DNA of 64,000 bases. It comes from Heptranchias perlo (lineage: Eukaryota). The stretch is taken from positions 4,898,001 through 4,962,000 of the forward strand of contig NW_027139453.1 of assembly GCF_035084215.1 (NCBI RefSeq). Direction: 5' to 3'. Position 1 is the first letter of the stretch, and every line of letters starts with the position of its first letter. Made by a program: the position numbers and the translations under genes. Positions 25,746 through 38,949 of the stretch are shown one piece after another. The notes beneath the pieces are model-generated. The model saw only the letters and a program-made list of their open reading frames with translations, was not told the DNA's origin and ran no database searches.

Positions 25746-28700
25746 GAAAACAAATGCATCATTGCGTGGCTTTCTCTGAACCAGGTGTGCAGTTAATCAT
25801 CGAAAGCAATAATTTTCATTTTTATAGCGCCTTTCACCACCTCAGGTCCCAAAGCGCTTAACAGCCAATGATGTGCCTTTGAAGTGTAGTCACTGATGTA
25901 ATGCAGGAAAAGCGGCAGGTAATTCGCGCATAGCAAGATCCTGCAGACAGCAATAAGATAAATTACTGGATAATCTGACGTAAATATTTTCTCGGACACC
26001 AGGAAGGACTCTCCTGCTCTTTTTCCAATAGTTTCAGTGGGAACGGCGCCTCGGTTTAACGTCTCATCCGCAAGTCGGCACCTGCGACAGTGTTGAACTC
26101 CCTTACTTCTGCCCCTCTGACAGTGCAGCACACCCGCAGTACTGCCCCTCTGACAGCGCAGTACCACTCTCAGTACTGCCCCACCAATAGTGCAGCACTC
26201 CGTCAGTACCGGATGTCTGATAGTGCAGCACTCCCACAGTACTGCCTCTCCGACAGTGCAGCACTCCCTCAGTACTGACCCTCCGACAGTGCAGCGCTCC
26301 CTCAACACTAGCTGTCCGACAGTGCAGCACCCTCACATTACTGCCCCTCCAACAGTACAACACTCCTTCAGTACTGGATGTCTGAAAGTGCAGCGCTCCC
26401 TCTGTACTGCCCCTCCAACAGTGTAGCACTCCCACAATACTGACCCTCTGGCAATGCTGCACTGGGAGTTTCAGCCGAGATTATATGCTCAATTTTCTGT
26501 AACGCACTACCTCTGACTCAATGGCGAGAATGCTACCCACTGAGACACGCCTGACATTCGTCATCGAAAGGACACATTCCTCCCCACGTGTTGAAGCTCT
26601 TGCATTGGTTGAAAGGAATCTGTTGTGCGATGTTTGCACATAAACTGTCATCTTAGAAATCCCAAGATTCACAATGGAGGCAGAGATCCTTGCATTTTTT
26701 CATTTCGTTTCGAACCGTGACTCAGTTAACAAAAGGCGTTTGAAGCATTGGCGGAAAGTTGGTGCTAGATGGCGCAATTGCTTTCATAATAGTACTGGGT
26801 TTGCACATCATTTCCTGCCGCCCCCGTTCCGATTAAGTCTCTCCTGCTTTATCACACTCCCCATTTATTCCAACGCCCCCACCCCCACCCTGCGCTGGGT
26901 CAAAATCCTCGAACTCCCTCCGTAACTGCACTGTGGGAGATCCTTCATTACACGGGCTGCAGCGGTTCAAGAAGGCGGCTCACCACCACGTTCTCAAGGG
27001 CAATTATGGATGGGCAATAAATGCCGGCCACGCCAGCGACGCCCACATCCCATGAATGAATAAAAGAAAAAGAGTCCAGTCTTTTGCAGTGGATCAAATT
27101 CTCTGCATTCGTGTCAGAGGCAGACAACGAGGTCATGTTGACCTCGTATCCCCATGAATCAATTTAGTCCTGGCCTATCAGCAACTTTCATTGTGGAGAG
27201 TCGACACCTGTTTGCCACTGACCCATATTGACCGTTTCCACTTCCACTAGGAATCTACTCTTAAGATAACATTCTCCGTCTCCTGTCGTTTTTCAGTCCA
27301 CACTACCATGTGGCGAGTGTTTACATACTGTACTGTGACTGCCGCCGGCCGACACACGAATTAAGAGCAGGAATAGGCCATTCGGCCCCTCGAGACTGCT
27401 CTGCCTTTTGAAAAGATAATGGCTGATCCTATTGTGACCTCAGCCCTACTTTCCCGTCTACCTACTATAACCTTTGAATCCCTTGTTAATCAAGAATCGA
27501 TCTAACTCAGCCTTAAACATATTCAATGACCATGCCTCCACCGCCCTCTGGGGAAGGGAATTCAACAGACTCAAGACCCTCTGAAAGAAAAACATTCTCC
27601 TCATCTCCGGGAGACTCTTATTGTTAAACTATGTCCCCTTGTTCCAGTCTCTCCCACAAGGGGAAACATCCCCTCAGCATCTACCCCTTCTAGTCCCCTC
27701 AGGACCTTATATGTTTCAATAAGATCACCTCTCATTCTTCTAACCTCCAGGGCATAACTTGTCCAACCTTTCCTCATAAGATAACCCCCTCATCCCAGGA
27801 AACGAGTGAACCTTCTCTGAACCGCCTCCAAAGCAATTATGTCCTTTCTTATATAAAGAGACCAAAACTACATTCCAAATGTGAATCTACCATCTTCTCC
27901 TTATCTCTTTCTCCTCCAAATCCCCCAAGCTCTTTGTGCCTTGGTCAAGTGACCCCATACCACAGTATGTGACGTGTCAGTGTCAGCTAGCAATAGTTTT
28001 GGGCGGTCTTCAATCCGCCCTTTGGAATTGGGTCCTCCATACTGCTGCTGGTGCAACGCACATTCGGTTCCCTTGAACAAAGAGGCTGCAAGCCGACATT
28101 TCATCTGTCACTGACTTTCATGAGGTGGCGCTGAGCTGTTTATGCTTCGACGCCTGGGGGTGGGGCAAGAGTGTGGAATGCTGGGGAATGGTAGAATTCT
28201 ATCACCTGTCGCGGAGCATCTTTCTCAGATTTTAATCTTTCCTCCAACTCCTGCATTTTCTTTTGACAGTGGGTATGATTCCCCTCTCCTGCTGCACGAG
28301 GCTGGTCGCCCTGTTTCAGACTTAGGACTCCCCCTAGGGCACTACTTATGTCACCGACCTCCTTTATCCACCTTTTAGCCTGACCTTCCTGTCGTTGTAG
28401 CTCGGCATTACATACTAAATTTCTGTCTATATTTGCCCCTACGGGTTGAAGGTGGTCTCCTGACTCAGTCAAAGTCCCGTTGTAAGAAGCTATACGAGCT
28501 AAGTCATTTTCTTATTTTTTGTTCCATAAACTTTTTGTTGAGCTCTGCTTCGGTTTCTAATTGTTACTTGAGTTTTAGAATTTGACGTCCTTCCCATAAC
28601 ACGACTATAATTTTCCAATTTTCCTTATTCACATGTTTTTCTTTGGTTGGTGTCTTAACCAACTCTCCAAACTGTTCTAGGTATTCTGCATTCTCTGTCA

Positions 28701-29009
28701 AAGAGATTTATTAACTCTTCGATTATAGAACGAAACGACATTTCCAAATTCTTGTCCTAGACTTAAGAGACATCCTTTATTTCGTCTTTTCTATTTTTCA
28801 GTCTCTTTTTTCTTGTCAATGCCAATCACAAGATAAAAGGGGTGCTGTCAGTTTGCTGACAGCCATCACATTTCAGTACAGTGGAGATGATTATCACAAC
28901 GTTTTAAAAATTGATGCCCTGTAATTGACAACAAGACATCGTTTTTTGATTACTGTTACACACAACATTGACACTTTACACATCAATTCACACTCAGGAA
29001 TACTGAACA

Positions 29010-30570
29010 CGACTATAATCAGATCAATTCACACTCACCAATATTCAACACAACTTCAATCAGATCAATTCACACTCACCAATACTCAACACAACTTCAA
29101 TCAGATCAATTCACACTCACCAATACTCAACACAACTCGATTCAGATCAATTCACACTCGCCAATACTCAACACAACTACAATCAGAATAATTTATACTC
29201 ACCAATACTCAACACAACTCCAATAAGATCAATTTATACTCACCAATACTCAACACAACTTCAATCAGATCAATTCACACTCACCAATACTCAACACAAC
29301 TTCAATCAGATCAATTCATAGTCACCAATACTCAACACAACTCGATTCAGATCAATTCACACTCACCAATACTCAACACAACTCCAATAAGATCAATTCA
29401 CACTCACCAATACTCAACACAACTCCAATAAGATCAATTCACACTCACCAATACTCAACACAACTCGATTCAGATCAATTCACACTCGCCAATACTCAAC
29501 ACGACTACAATCAGAATAATTTATACTCACCAATACTCAACACAACTCCAATAAGATCAATTTATACTCACCAATACTCAACACAACTCCAATAAGATCA
29601 ATTTATAGTCACCAATACTCAACACAACTCGATTCAGATCAATTCACACTCACCAATACTCAACACAACTCCAATAAGATCAAATCACACTCATCAATAT
29701 TCAACACAACTCCAATAAGATGAAATCACACTCACCAATACTCAACACAACTCCAATCAGATCAATTCACACTCATCAATACTCAACACAACTCCAATAA
29801 GATGAAATCACACTCACCAATACTCAACACAACTCCAATCAGATCAATTCACACTCACCAATACTCAACACAACTCCAATCAGATCAATTCATAGTCACC
29901 AATACTCAACACATCCTCAATCAGATCAATTCACACTCACCAATACTCAACACAACTCCAATCAGATCAAATCACACTCACCACTACTCAACACAACTCC
30001 AATCAGATCAAATCACACTCACCAATACTCAACACAACTTCAATCAGATCAATTCATAGTCACCAATACTCAACACAACTCGATTCAGATCAATTCACAC
30101 TCACCAATACTCAACACAATTTCAATCAGATCAATTCACACTCACCAATACTCAACACAACTTCAATCAGATCAATTTATACACACCAATACTCAACACA
30201 ACTTCAATCAGATCAATTCATAGTCACCAATACTCAACACAACTCGATTCAGATCAATTCACACTCACCAATACTCAACACAATTTCAATCAGATCAATT
30301 CACACTCACCAATACTCAACACAACTTCAATCAGATCAATTTATACACACCAATACTCAACACAACTTCAATCAGATCAATTCACACTCACCAATGCTCA
30401 ACACAACTCCAATCAGATCAATTCACACTCACCAATACTCAACACAACTCCAATAAGATCAAATCACACTCACCAATACGCAACACAACTCCAATCAGAT
30501 CAATTCACACTCAACATCACTCAACACAACTCCAATCAGAACAAATCACAATCACCAATAATCAAAACCA
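29010..30570. repeat. 41-bp minisatellite (~38 units), G-poor on plus strand
   Basis: Unit atcagatcaattcacactcaccaatactcaacacaacttca. Confidence 0.95.
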
Positions 30571-30689
30571 CCAAAATCAATTCGTTTGAACTGAGGTTCT
30601 CTGGAATATTAGTTCGGGCCTTGGGAACACAACCACTATACCACCATTTGACGGGCAAACTGCTTGCTGGTGCAGTGATAACCTTAAAG

Positions 30690-31850
30690 TGGATAAGAAC
30701 ATAGGAAACAGGTGCAGGGGTCGCCATCCGGCCCCTCGAGCCTGCTCCACCATTCAATCAGATCATGGCTAATCTTCTACCACAATGCCATTTTCCTGCA
30801 CCATTCCCAAATACCTTTATGCCTCTAATATCTAGAAATCTATCGATCTGAGTGAAGAAATTTCTCCTCACATTAGTCCTAAATGGCCTGCCCCTTATTA
30901 TGAGACAGTGACCCCTGGTTCTAGACTCCCCAAAGAAGGGAAACATCCTCCCTGCATCTACCATGTCGAGCCCTGAAAGAATTTGGTAAGGTTCAATCAG
31001 ATCACCTTTCATTCTTCAAAACTCTAGAGAATACAGACCTAGTCTAATCAATCTCTCGCCATATGACAATCCCGCCAACTCAGGAATCAGTCTGGTGAAC
31101 CTTCGTTGCACTCCCTCTATGGCAAGTATATCCTTTCATGGTTAAGGAGACCAAAATACCATCACCGAATCCCCCATCGTCAACATTCTGGGGGTCACCA
31201 TTGACCAGAAACTGAACTGGACCAGCCACATAAATACTGTGGCTACACGAGCAGGTCAGAGGCTGGGTATTCTGCGGCGAGTAACAAACCTCCTGACTCC
31301 ACAAATCATTTCAACCGTCTACGAGGTGTGTGATGGAATACTCTCCACTTGCCTGGATGAGTGCAGCTCCAACAACATTCAAGAAGCTTGACACCATCCA
31401 GGACAAAGCTGCCCGCTTGATTGGCACCCTATCCATCACCTTAAACATTCACTCCCTTCACCACCGGCGCACTGTGGGTGCAGTGTGTACCATCCACAGG
31501 ATTCACTATAGCAACTCGCCAAGCCTTCTTCGACAGCACCTCCAAAACCCACGGCCTCTACCAACTGGAAGGACAAGGGGAGCAGGCACATGGGAACAAC
31601 ACCACCTGCACGTTTCCCTCCAAGTCACACATCATCTCGACTTGGAAATACATCGCCGTTCCTTCATCGTCGCTTGGTCAAAATCCTGGAACTCCCTTCC
31701 CAACAGCACTGTGGGAGAACCTTCACCACACGGAATGTAGCGGTTCAAGAAGGCGGATCAACACCACCTTCTCAAGGGCCATTTGGGATGAGCAATAAAT
31801 GCTGGCCTTTCCAGCGACGCCCACATCCCATGAACGAAAAAAAAAAATTA
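30690..31850. mobile_element. CR1 fragment (minus) joined to a second CR1/L2-clade LINE 3' end (plus)
   Basis: KGDLIEPY...RTRGH, then MEYSPLAWMSAAPTT..KLDTIQDKAARLIG. Confidence 0.8.
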
Positions 31851-31925
31851 CACAAAGATGTAAAAGCGAGGTTCGACATATCAAATTGGACCTCACACTA
31901 CGTTTACATATAATAGATTTGAGTG

Positions 31926-32177
31926 AAAACATGAAACAGTAATAGGAACAGGTGAAAGGCGGACGCTTGGGATCCTCCTAAGGAGATCATTCTTTCGTTC
32001 GATGGAGCTCTGTGGCGTCTACTTGGGTAATTTTGACCTTTTGAAGAATGTGCGCCCAATCCACCCAGCCTCTGAAAAGCGTCGGTCGGTTCGCAAGGAA
32101 ACGTCTGTGACAACAGAAGACACGCCTACAAAATATTTCAGGCAGAGAAGCCCCACCCACAAGCAGACTTCATTCAT
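31926..32177 (-). pseudogene. Decayed TRBV relic with leader-like sequence fused almost directly to the V exon
   Basis: MNEVCLWVGLLCLKY + TTGTAG|GVSSVVT...WIGRTFFKRSK...RAPSNERMISL/RIPSVRLS/YYC across frameshifts; no good RSS. Confidence 0.5.
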
Positions 32178-32901
32178 GCGATGGAATATTCTGGAAGTCA
32201 TTGCAAGCAAAACATTGAATTTTAAAATATAAAAGGCAAATAAATAATTGAGTTGGATTAAAGAGACAGAAGAGAAAAGTGAAAAATAATATAACTTTTA
32301 TTTTATTCTAATGACCCAAATCTATTAAAATAAGAAGGAATATTAGATGCCACATCTTTTAAATTTACTCTGTGGTTGTTTGGTAGTCAAAAAGAGTTAT
32401 CACACTTTTAAAACTTAGTTTAGACCTGATATTTTCAAGCATACCGTTTGGTGGCCTAATTCGGTCGGTCCCAGCTGGACGGATGAGTAAGTTTGCGATT
32501 TTTCAGTGATTTCTATGAGTGTAGCGGGCGATGGCCCTTTAATTCGCAGTTGTCAATTCCCCTGCCAACGGATGGGTGCAATTTCAGGATTTCCGCATTT
32601 TACTGAAGATGTGCAAATTGGCCAACTTGCTCCTCCCTTTCTCCATGATAAAGGGAGAATGCTATTGAGCTCCTCTGTTATTTCGGGAGCAATCTCTGCC
32701 CAAAATTACGTTCCTTTTTCTTTCTTTCATCTTATTTTCCTTCTTTCTTTCAGCCTTTCTTTCTGTCCATCACCAGTTATCCCCTCCAAACGTTAATGTC
32801 TTCGTGAAGCAATCACTTCGTCACCGATTGTGCCTAGAATGGTTTTTTGTTCCCACGGCGGTGGTTTTTGTTCAGGCAATGAACCAATCTGAACCGCTGT
32901 G

Positions 32902-33633
32902 GTCCCATCACTCGCGGCGCAGTAATACACTGCCGCATCTGCCGGTTTGATTCCAAGGATCTTCAGGCTGGATTTCTTATCATTCATAGTTCGACTGATG
33001 GTAAATCCATTCTTAAACTCATTCTCGTATTCAGCTCTGCCTTCTCCAAAAGAATATCCGATTAACACGAATCCTGCTCGGGCCGATTGCCGATACCAGT
33101 ACATGTAGCTTCGAGCAGTTCCATTCTGAAAGCAATTCAATTCGACCGCTCCAAGCTGTTCAACAACAATCGATCCTGGCCACTGATGCACGACATCTCC
33201 CATGGCATAGACTGAAAAAAACAATTGGGGGAGAGGAAGTAAGGAGATTCGGGTGCACGAAAAAGCAAGTCTTGTATTTCTATATCGCCATTCACGACCT
33301 CAAAACCTTTACACCAAATGGGGTACTTTTACAGGGTAGTCACTGTTGTAGCCCCTCCGACATTGCAGCACTCCTTCAATACTGGCATCGGGACTGTCGG
33401 CCTGGATTATGGGCTCAAGTCAGTCTCTCTATAATATATGTATATATAATATTTATATATATATATATATATATATGAAGTGTAGCTTGATAAAATGATT
33501 GGATGATATTACATAGAGCTTATTAAGTATATTTTTAACGAAAGTAAGGTTAAATAGAACAAGGAGAGTGATTTGACGTGAGCTTACGTGGCATCAGCAA
33601 TATGAAGGCAATGAGCAAGGAATTTAATTCCAT
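32902..33633 (-). CDS. TRBV: TRBV gene V1 (D-proximal): leader 33588-33633, V exon 32902-33211
   Basis: Leader MELNSLLIAFILLMP + GTAAGC; V exon DVVHQWP...LNCFQNGT...WYRQ...DAAVYYCAASDG; CACAGCG-23-ACAAAAACC (32863-32901). Confidence 0.95.
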
Positions 33634-33730
33634 CCTTGTGAGGAATCCAAGAGATAGTCTTTCAGCGAAAAAGGTGGATGGAAAGTGAGGCCGATTGTTC
33701 AACACATCGTTGAAAAGTACAATGTACAAA

Positions 33731-33745
33731 CCGGAAATTACGTAA
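33731..33745 (+). promoter_or_regulatory. ETS-CRE-like element of V1 promoter
   Basis: CCGGAAATTACGTAA, 98 bp upstream of leader ATG. Confidence 0.55.
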
Positions 33746-34947
33746 AGAAAATGACATCCGCCCGATCTGAAAGTGTCCAAGTGAAGTGAAAAGGAAAGAA
33801 AAAAAATTGCATTTATTTATTGCCTTTCACGACTTCAGGGCGTCCCAATTTGCTTTAGAACCAATGAAGTACATCTGAAGTGCAATCACTATAGTAATGT
33901 AGAAAAACGTGGCAGCCAATTTGCGCACAGCAAGATCCCACAGACAGAAATGTGATCAATCGCTACATTTTTAGTGACCTTGGTTGAAAGATAAATATTG
34001 GCCAAGATACAGGTGAAATCCCTTGCTCGTCATGAAATAGATGCCGTGGGATCTTTTCAATCTACCGAAAATGTCTCATTAACAACCATGAGATAAATGA
34101 TCACATAATCTGTTTTTTAGTGATGTTGGTTGAGGGAAAATATTAGCTCCAGAACAACGGGGAGAATTCCGCTACCCTTCTTCGAATAATGTCCGTGGGA
34201 TCGTTTAAATCCAACGGTGAGGACATATGGGGCCGAAACACAGCACGTCTGACAGTGCAACGCTCCCTCAGTACTGCCCCTCCAAAAGTGCAGCACTCCC
34301 TCAGTACTGACCCTCCGACGGTGGAGCGATCCGCCAGTTCTGCCCCTGCATCAGTGCAGCACTCCCTCAATACTGACCCTCCGATAATGCAGCAACACCG
34401 CAGTACTGTCCCTCTGAAAGTGCAGTACTCCCTCAGTATTGCCCCTCCGACAGTGCAGCACTCCCTCAGTACTGACCCTCGGACAGTGCAGCGCTCCCTC
34501 AATACTGGCCCTCCAACAGTGCTGCACTTCCTCAGTACTGACCCTCCGACAGTGCAGTACCCCCGCGGTATTGACCCTCCGACAGAGCAGTACTCCCTCA
34601 GTACTAACCCTCCAACAGTACAGTACTCCCGCGGTACTTACCCTCCGACAGAGCAGTACTCCGTCAGTACTGACCCTCCGACAGTGCAGCGCTCCCTCAA
34701 CACTGCCCCTTCAACACTGCAGCACGCCCTCAGTACTGACCCTCCGACACTGCAGCACTCCCTCAACACTGCCCCTCCAACAGTGCAGCGCTCCCTCTGT
34801 ACTGACCCTCCGACAGTGCAGCGCTCCCTCAGTTGTGCCAATCCAACAGAACTATGATAACACTCTTCCTCAAAGCAATCATTTTGCGACCATGCTTTAC
34901 ACTGGAAGGGTTTTTGTCAGGGTTGTGAATCATCCTGAACCGCTGTG

Positions 34948-35930
34948 CCCAATCACCGGCGGCGCAATAATACAACGGCGTGTCGGTCCGTCCCAGGCCT
35001 GTAATCTTGAGCGTGGATTTCTTATCGCCGTCACTGCGCACCATTTGAAATCTCGTCTTAAATTCCTCTTCCATTTCTGCTTGCGACGACCAAACGGTTT
35101 TGCCAATTAACACCAGCCCCCCTCCAGCGGATTTGTACCAAAGCATGCTGGAGCGCGCAGTTCCATTCTGGAAGCAGTTTAGTTCCACGCTTTCTTGTTG
35201 AGTTACAACGATCGAAAGGGGCCACTGAGATACGAGATCTGAGAGGGAAAAACCTACAAAGGAATTGGTGAACAATGAAGATCATTCAGCGACACAATCA
35301 ATTATGTATTGACTACACAACCTGAAAAGGACGTTCCGTTTATCAATAAAAAACCGGCCAGCCACGAATTAGTAAAAGTTAGAAGCAGAAAATTTACATA
35401 GAATCTTTCAGCACAGAAGGAGGCCATTCGGCCCCTGGCGCCTTTGCCGGCACTTTGATAGAGCTCTCCAATTAGTCGCACTTTTCATCTGTTCTTTCAC
35501 CATAGCCCTGTAAATATCTCCTTTTCAAGAATTTATCCAATTCCCCTTTAGAATCTGCTTCAATTACCCTTTTCAGGCAGTGCGTTCCAGATCGTTACAA
35601 CTTGCTGTGTAAAAAAAACACAATTCTCCTCCTCTGGTTCTTTTGCCAATTATCTTAAATCTGTGCCCTTTGGTTACCGACCCTCCTGCCAGTGGGAACA
35701 GTTTCTCCCTATCGACTCTATCAAAACCTTTCACACAATAAAAATATGCACTGGTTAAAAAAAAACATTATTGCAATAACATATTCAATAATCGATTCTT
35801 GATGTATAATCGTCCCGCCATATTCATATTACTATAATTGATTCGATGAATCTAAGAGAGACGTTGCCTAATCGGGACGCTTACGGGTCTTCAGACATAA
35901 AAGAGTTAGTTGCAGAAAATGTAAATGCAT
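34948..35930 (-). CDS. TRBV: TRBV gene V2: leader 35885-35930, V exon 34948-35253
   Basis: Leader MHLHFLQLTLLCLKT + GTAAGC; V exon DLVSQWP...CFQNGT...WYKS...DTPLYYCAAGDW; CACAGCG-23-ACAAAAACC (34909-34947); one codon shorter after WY than its paralogues. Confidence 0.93.
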
Positions 35931-36008
35931 CTTCGCCAGAAGCAATCGGTCGGTTGCAGCTTTGCAGCTTGTGAGTTACCCTTGGAATTAGCAGATGAAG
36001 CGTCATAA

Positions 36009-36023
36009 CCGGAAATTACGTCA
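36009..36023 (+). promoter_or_regulatory. ETS-CRE-like element of V2 promoter
   Basis: CCGGAAATTACGTCA, 79 bp upstream of leader ATG. Confidence 0.6.
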
Positions 36024-36169
36024 CCTGCAACCTTAAATTCGCGAACCGCAAAATGAACAGGCAAAAAGCCAAAAACAAACAAGAGCCCTTCAAAGCCACA
36101 ATCAGCAACCTCATGGCTTGTCACATCACTCATTAAATCAAAAGGCCAACCACCGTTCAATGTGGAGTT

Positions 36170-36919
36170 AAGAGCGGCGTGTCAGGAGACTATACGTTAG
36201 AATGAAGGATTAGCCCCAGTGATGCATCTGCACAAGATTTACCTACATCACAATCCCCCTTCCCATTTACTGGCAGAGGTGATAATGAGAGAACTTTCAA
36301 AAGGGATTTGGATAAATACATGAGGAAGAAAATTACAGGGCTTGTAGAGAAAGTGCAGGGGAGGGAGACTAATTGGATTGCTCTTTGAAAGACCCGTCAC
36401 AGGCACGATGGGCCGAATGTCCTCCTTCTGCGTTGTATGATTCTTTGATTGCAACTGTATCCAGGACTGGAATCCTGTATCAATAGCAGAGACCCTGAGA
36501 ACGTTGTTGTAGATATGTGCACAATTTAATCGTTCACGGAATGTTTAATCCAGTCTAAAATCGCTTTTTTTTAACATATATTTATCGAATTAAATAGAAT
36601 TTACGGCACAGAAACAGGACATTCGGCCCGACAGATCCATGCCGGTGTTTATGCTCCACTCGAGCCTCCTCCCACCCTACATCATCCATCCCTATCAGCA
36701 TTTCCTTCTATTGCTTTTTCCATGGTGTACTTATCTAGCTTCCCCATAAATGCATCCATGCAATATATAACGTTGTGAGCTATTATCTGTTTCAATTATT
36801 TAGCAGAGAAAATTGATCAATTGGTTCACTACGACTACAGATGACTTTTATCAGTTCAGAAAATGAAGCTTACGTCACGTCAGACAATACAACGATCACA
36901 TAATAAAATATTGGTTCAT
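36170..36919 (-). pseudogene. Orphan dead leader exon (36874-36919) plus internally deleted V remnant (~36170-36242)
   Basis: 46-nt ATG...C|GTAAGC exon with two TGA stops, same length and donor as the V1/V2 leaders; downstream GTAG|GT...ATGCATCACTGG joined to SPDTPL, resembling V2 DTPLYYC. Confidence 0.45.
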
Positions 36920-38949
36920 TACACAAGCACACAAACGTGGAGCAAACATTTAATAAATCACGCCAAGCAGTTTATGAAGGACTATTAAAAAAAAAGTCAA
37001 TGAAGTGGGGAAAGGAAATAACGGTGTTGGTTGTAGGCTCATGTGAAATCTGCAAAAAAAAAGAGCGAAAGTGGGAAAGTGGAAATTTGATGTGAAATAA
37101 ACCGGAGGTTGTCGATTACAGAACCAGAGTAGATGATGATGGATTTGAATTTGTATGATTTATTTGCACGAGCTGCTCCGAATGTTGCCACGCTGATGTG
37201 AGCAATTCCCGGCCCATTGTCATTGACTGCGTGTCGACAAACTGGGGGCGATGGTAGCCGCGCCGCAAAGGTTACTGAGTCACCAGAAAACACCATGGCC
37301 GATTGCAGCCCTCATTGTTCAATGACAACTGCACCGTGGCTGCAGTGTGTACCATCCACAGGATGCACTGCAGCAACTCGCCAAGGCTTCCTCGACAGCA
37401 CCTCCCGAACCCGCGACCTCTACCACCTAGAAGGACAAGGGCAGCAGGCACATGGGAACAACACCACCCGCACGTTCCCCTCCAAATCACACACTATCCC
37501 GACTTGGAAATATATCGCTGTTTCTTCATCGTTGCTGGGTCAAAATCCTGGAACTCCCTTCCTAACAGCAATGTGGGACTGCAGCGGTTCAAGAAGGCGG
37601 CTCACCGCCACCTTCTCAAATGGCAATTCGGGATGGGTAATAAATGCCAGCCTCGCCAGCGTCGCCCACGTACCATGAACGAATAAAATAAGGGGAATGC
37701 TTTTTGGATCACATGGCCTTTTCTACACTTTGTCGCTGGTCCTCTTGGCGCGTAATTAATACGAGTGCCCAGTGTCACATAGAGAGCTTTCGGCCTGGAG
37801 CAGCATTACATTTCATCTGCCACTGTCCTCCTCACTGTTCACAACACTTCCAAGCTTTGTGTCATCTGCAAATTTTGAAATTTTAACCTGTACACCCAAG
37901 TCCAAGTCATTAATATATCTGGGGAGTCCAGAACGAGGGGTCACAGTCTCAGGATCCGGGGTATGCCAATTAGAAACTTGATGAGTAGAAATGTTTTCAC
38001 TCAGAGGGTGGTGAACCTGTGGAATTTGCTACCACAGCAGGCAGTGGAGGCCAATCATTAGATATATACAAGAAGGAGATAGATATATTTCTTAATGCTA
38101 AAGGGATCAAGGGATATGGGGGAAAAGCGAGAACAGGGTACTGAGTTGAACGATCAGCCATGATCATTTCGAATGGCAGACCAGGCCCGAAGGGCCGAAT
38201 GACCTATTCTTGCTCCTATTTTATATGTTTCTATGTTTCTAACAAGAAAAGCAATGTTCCCAGCACCAACCCCTGGTGAACACCACTGTACACCTCCCTC
38301 CAGTCCAAAAAAGCAACCGTTGACCACTACTTTCTGTTTCTTGTCCCTTAGCCAATTTTATATCCATGTTGCTGCTGTCCCTTTATTCCATGGGTTGCAA
38401 TCTTGAAGATAAGCCTATCGTGCGGCACTTCATCAAACGCCTTTTGAAAGTCCATATACGCCATTTCAACTGTCTTGCCCTCATCTACCCTCTCTGTTAC
38501 CTCATCAAAAACTCTATCAGGTTAGTTAAACACGATTTGCCGTTAACAAATCCGTGCTGGCTTTCCCTAATCAATGCACACGCGCCCAAGGGACTGTGAA
38601 TTCAGTTCCGAATTATTGTTTCTAAAAGTTTCCCCACTATTGAGGTTAAGCTGACTGGCCATTAGTTGCTGGGTCGAACCTTGCACAATTTCTTGAACAA
38701 TGGTGTAACATTTGCAATTCTCCAGTTCTCTGCCACCACCTCTGTATCTATGGATGTTTGGAAGATTATGGCCAGCACCCCAACAATTTTCACCCTTACT
38801 TCCCTCAGCAACCGAGGATGCATTCCATCCGGACCGCGTGACTTATCTACTTTAAGTACAAATAACCTTTCAAGTACCTCTTCTTTATCAATTTTTATCC
38901 CATCCAGTATCTCAACTATATCTTCCTTTTCTAAAGTATCCCATATACC

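Noticed and set aside
24882-25747. Long repetitive ORFs (VSLSVTGAVI / LLLQLLIM)
   Set aside because: Translation of a 30-bp minisatellite; no exon evidence
26590-27350. Two further V-like relics (NLGISK..LCANI+CACAACA; AVTVQ..MVVW..STLH)
   Set aside because: Similarity too weak to separate from chance without alignment statistics
20340-30570. Tandem arrays as CRISPR arrays
   Set aside because: Contiguous repeats without unique spacers, no cas genes, vertebrate context
32841-32850. Second nonamer-like sequence beyond the V1 RSS
   Set aside because: No heptamer at 12 or 23 spacing in the proper orientation
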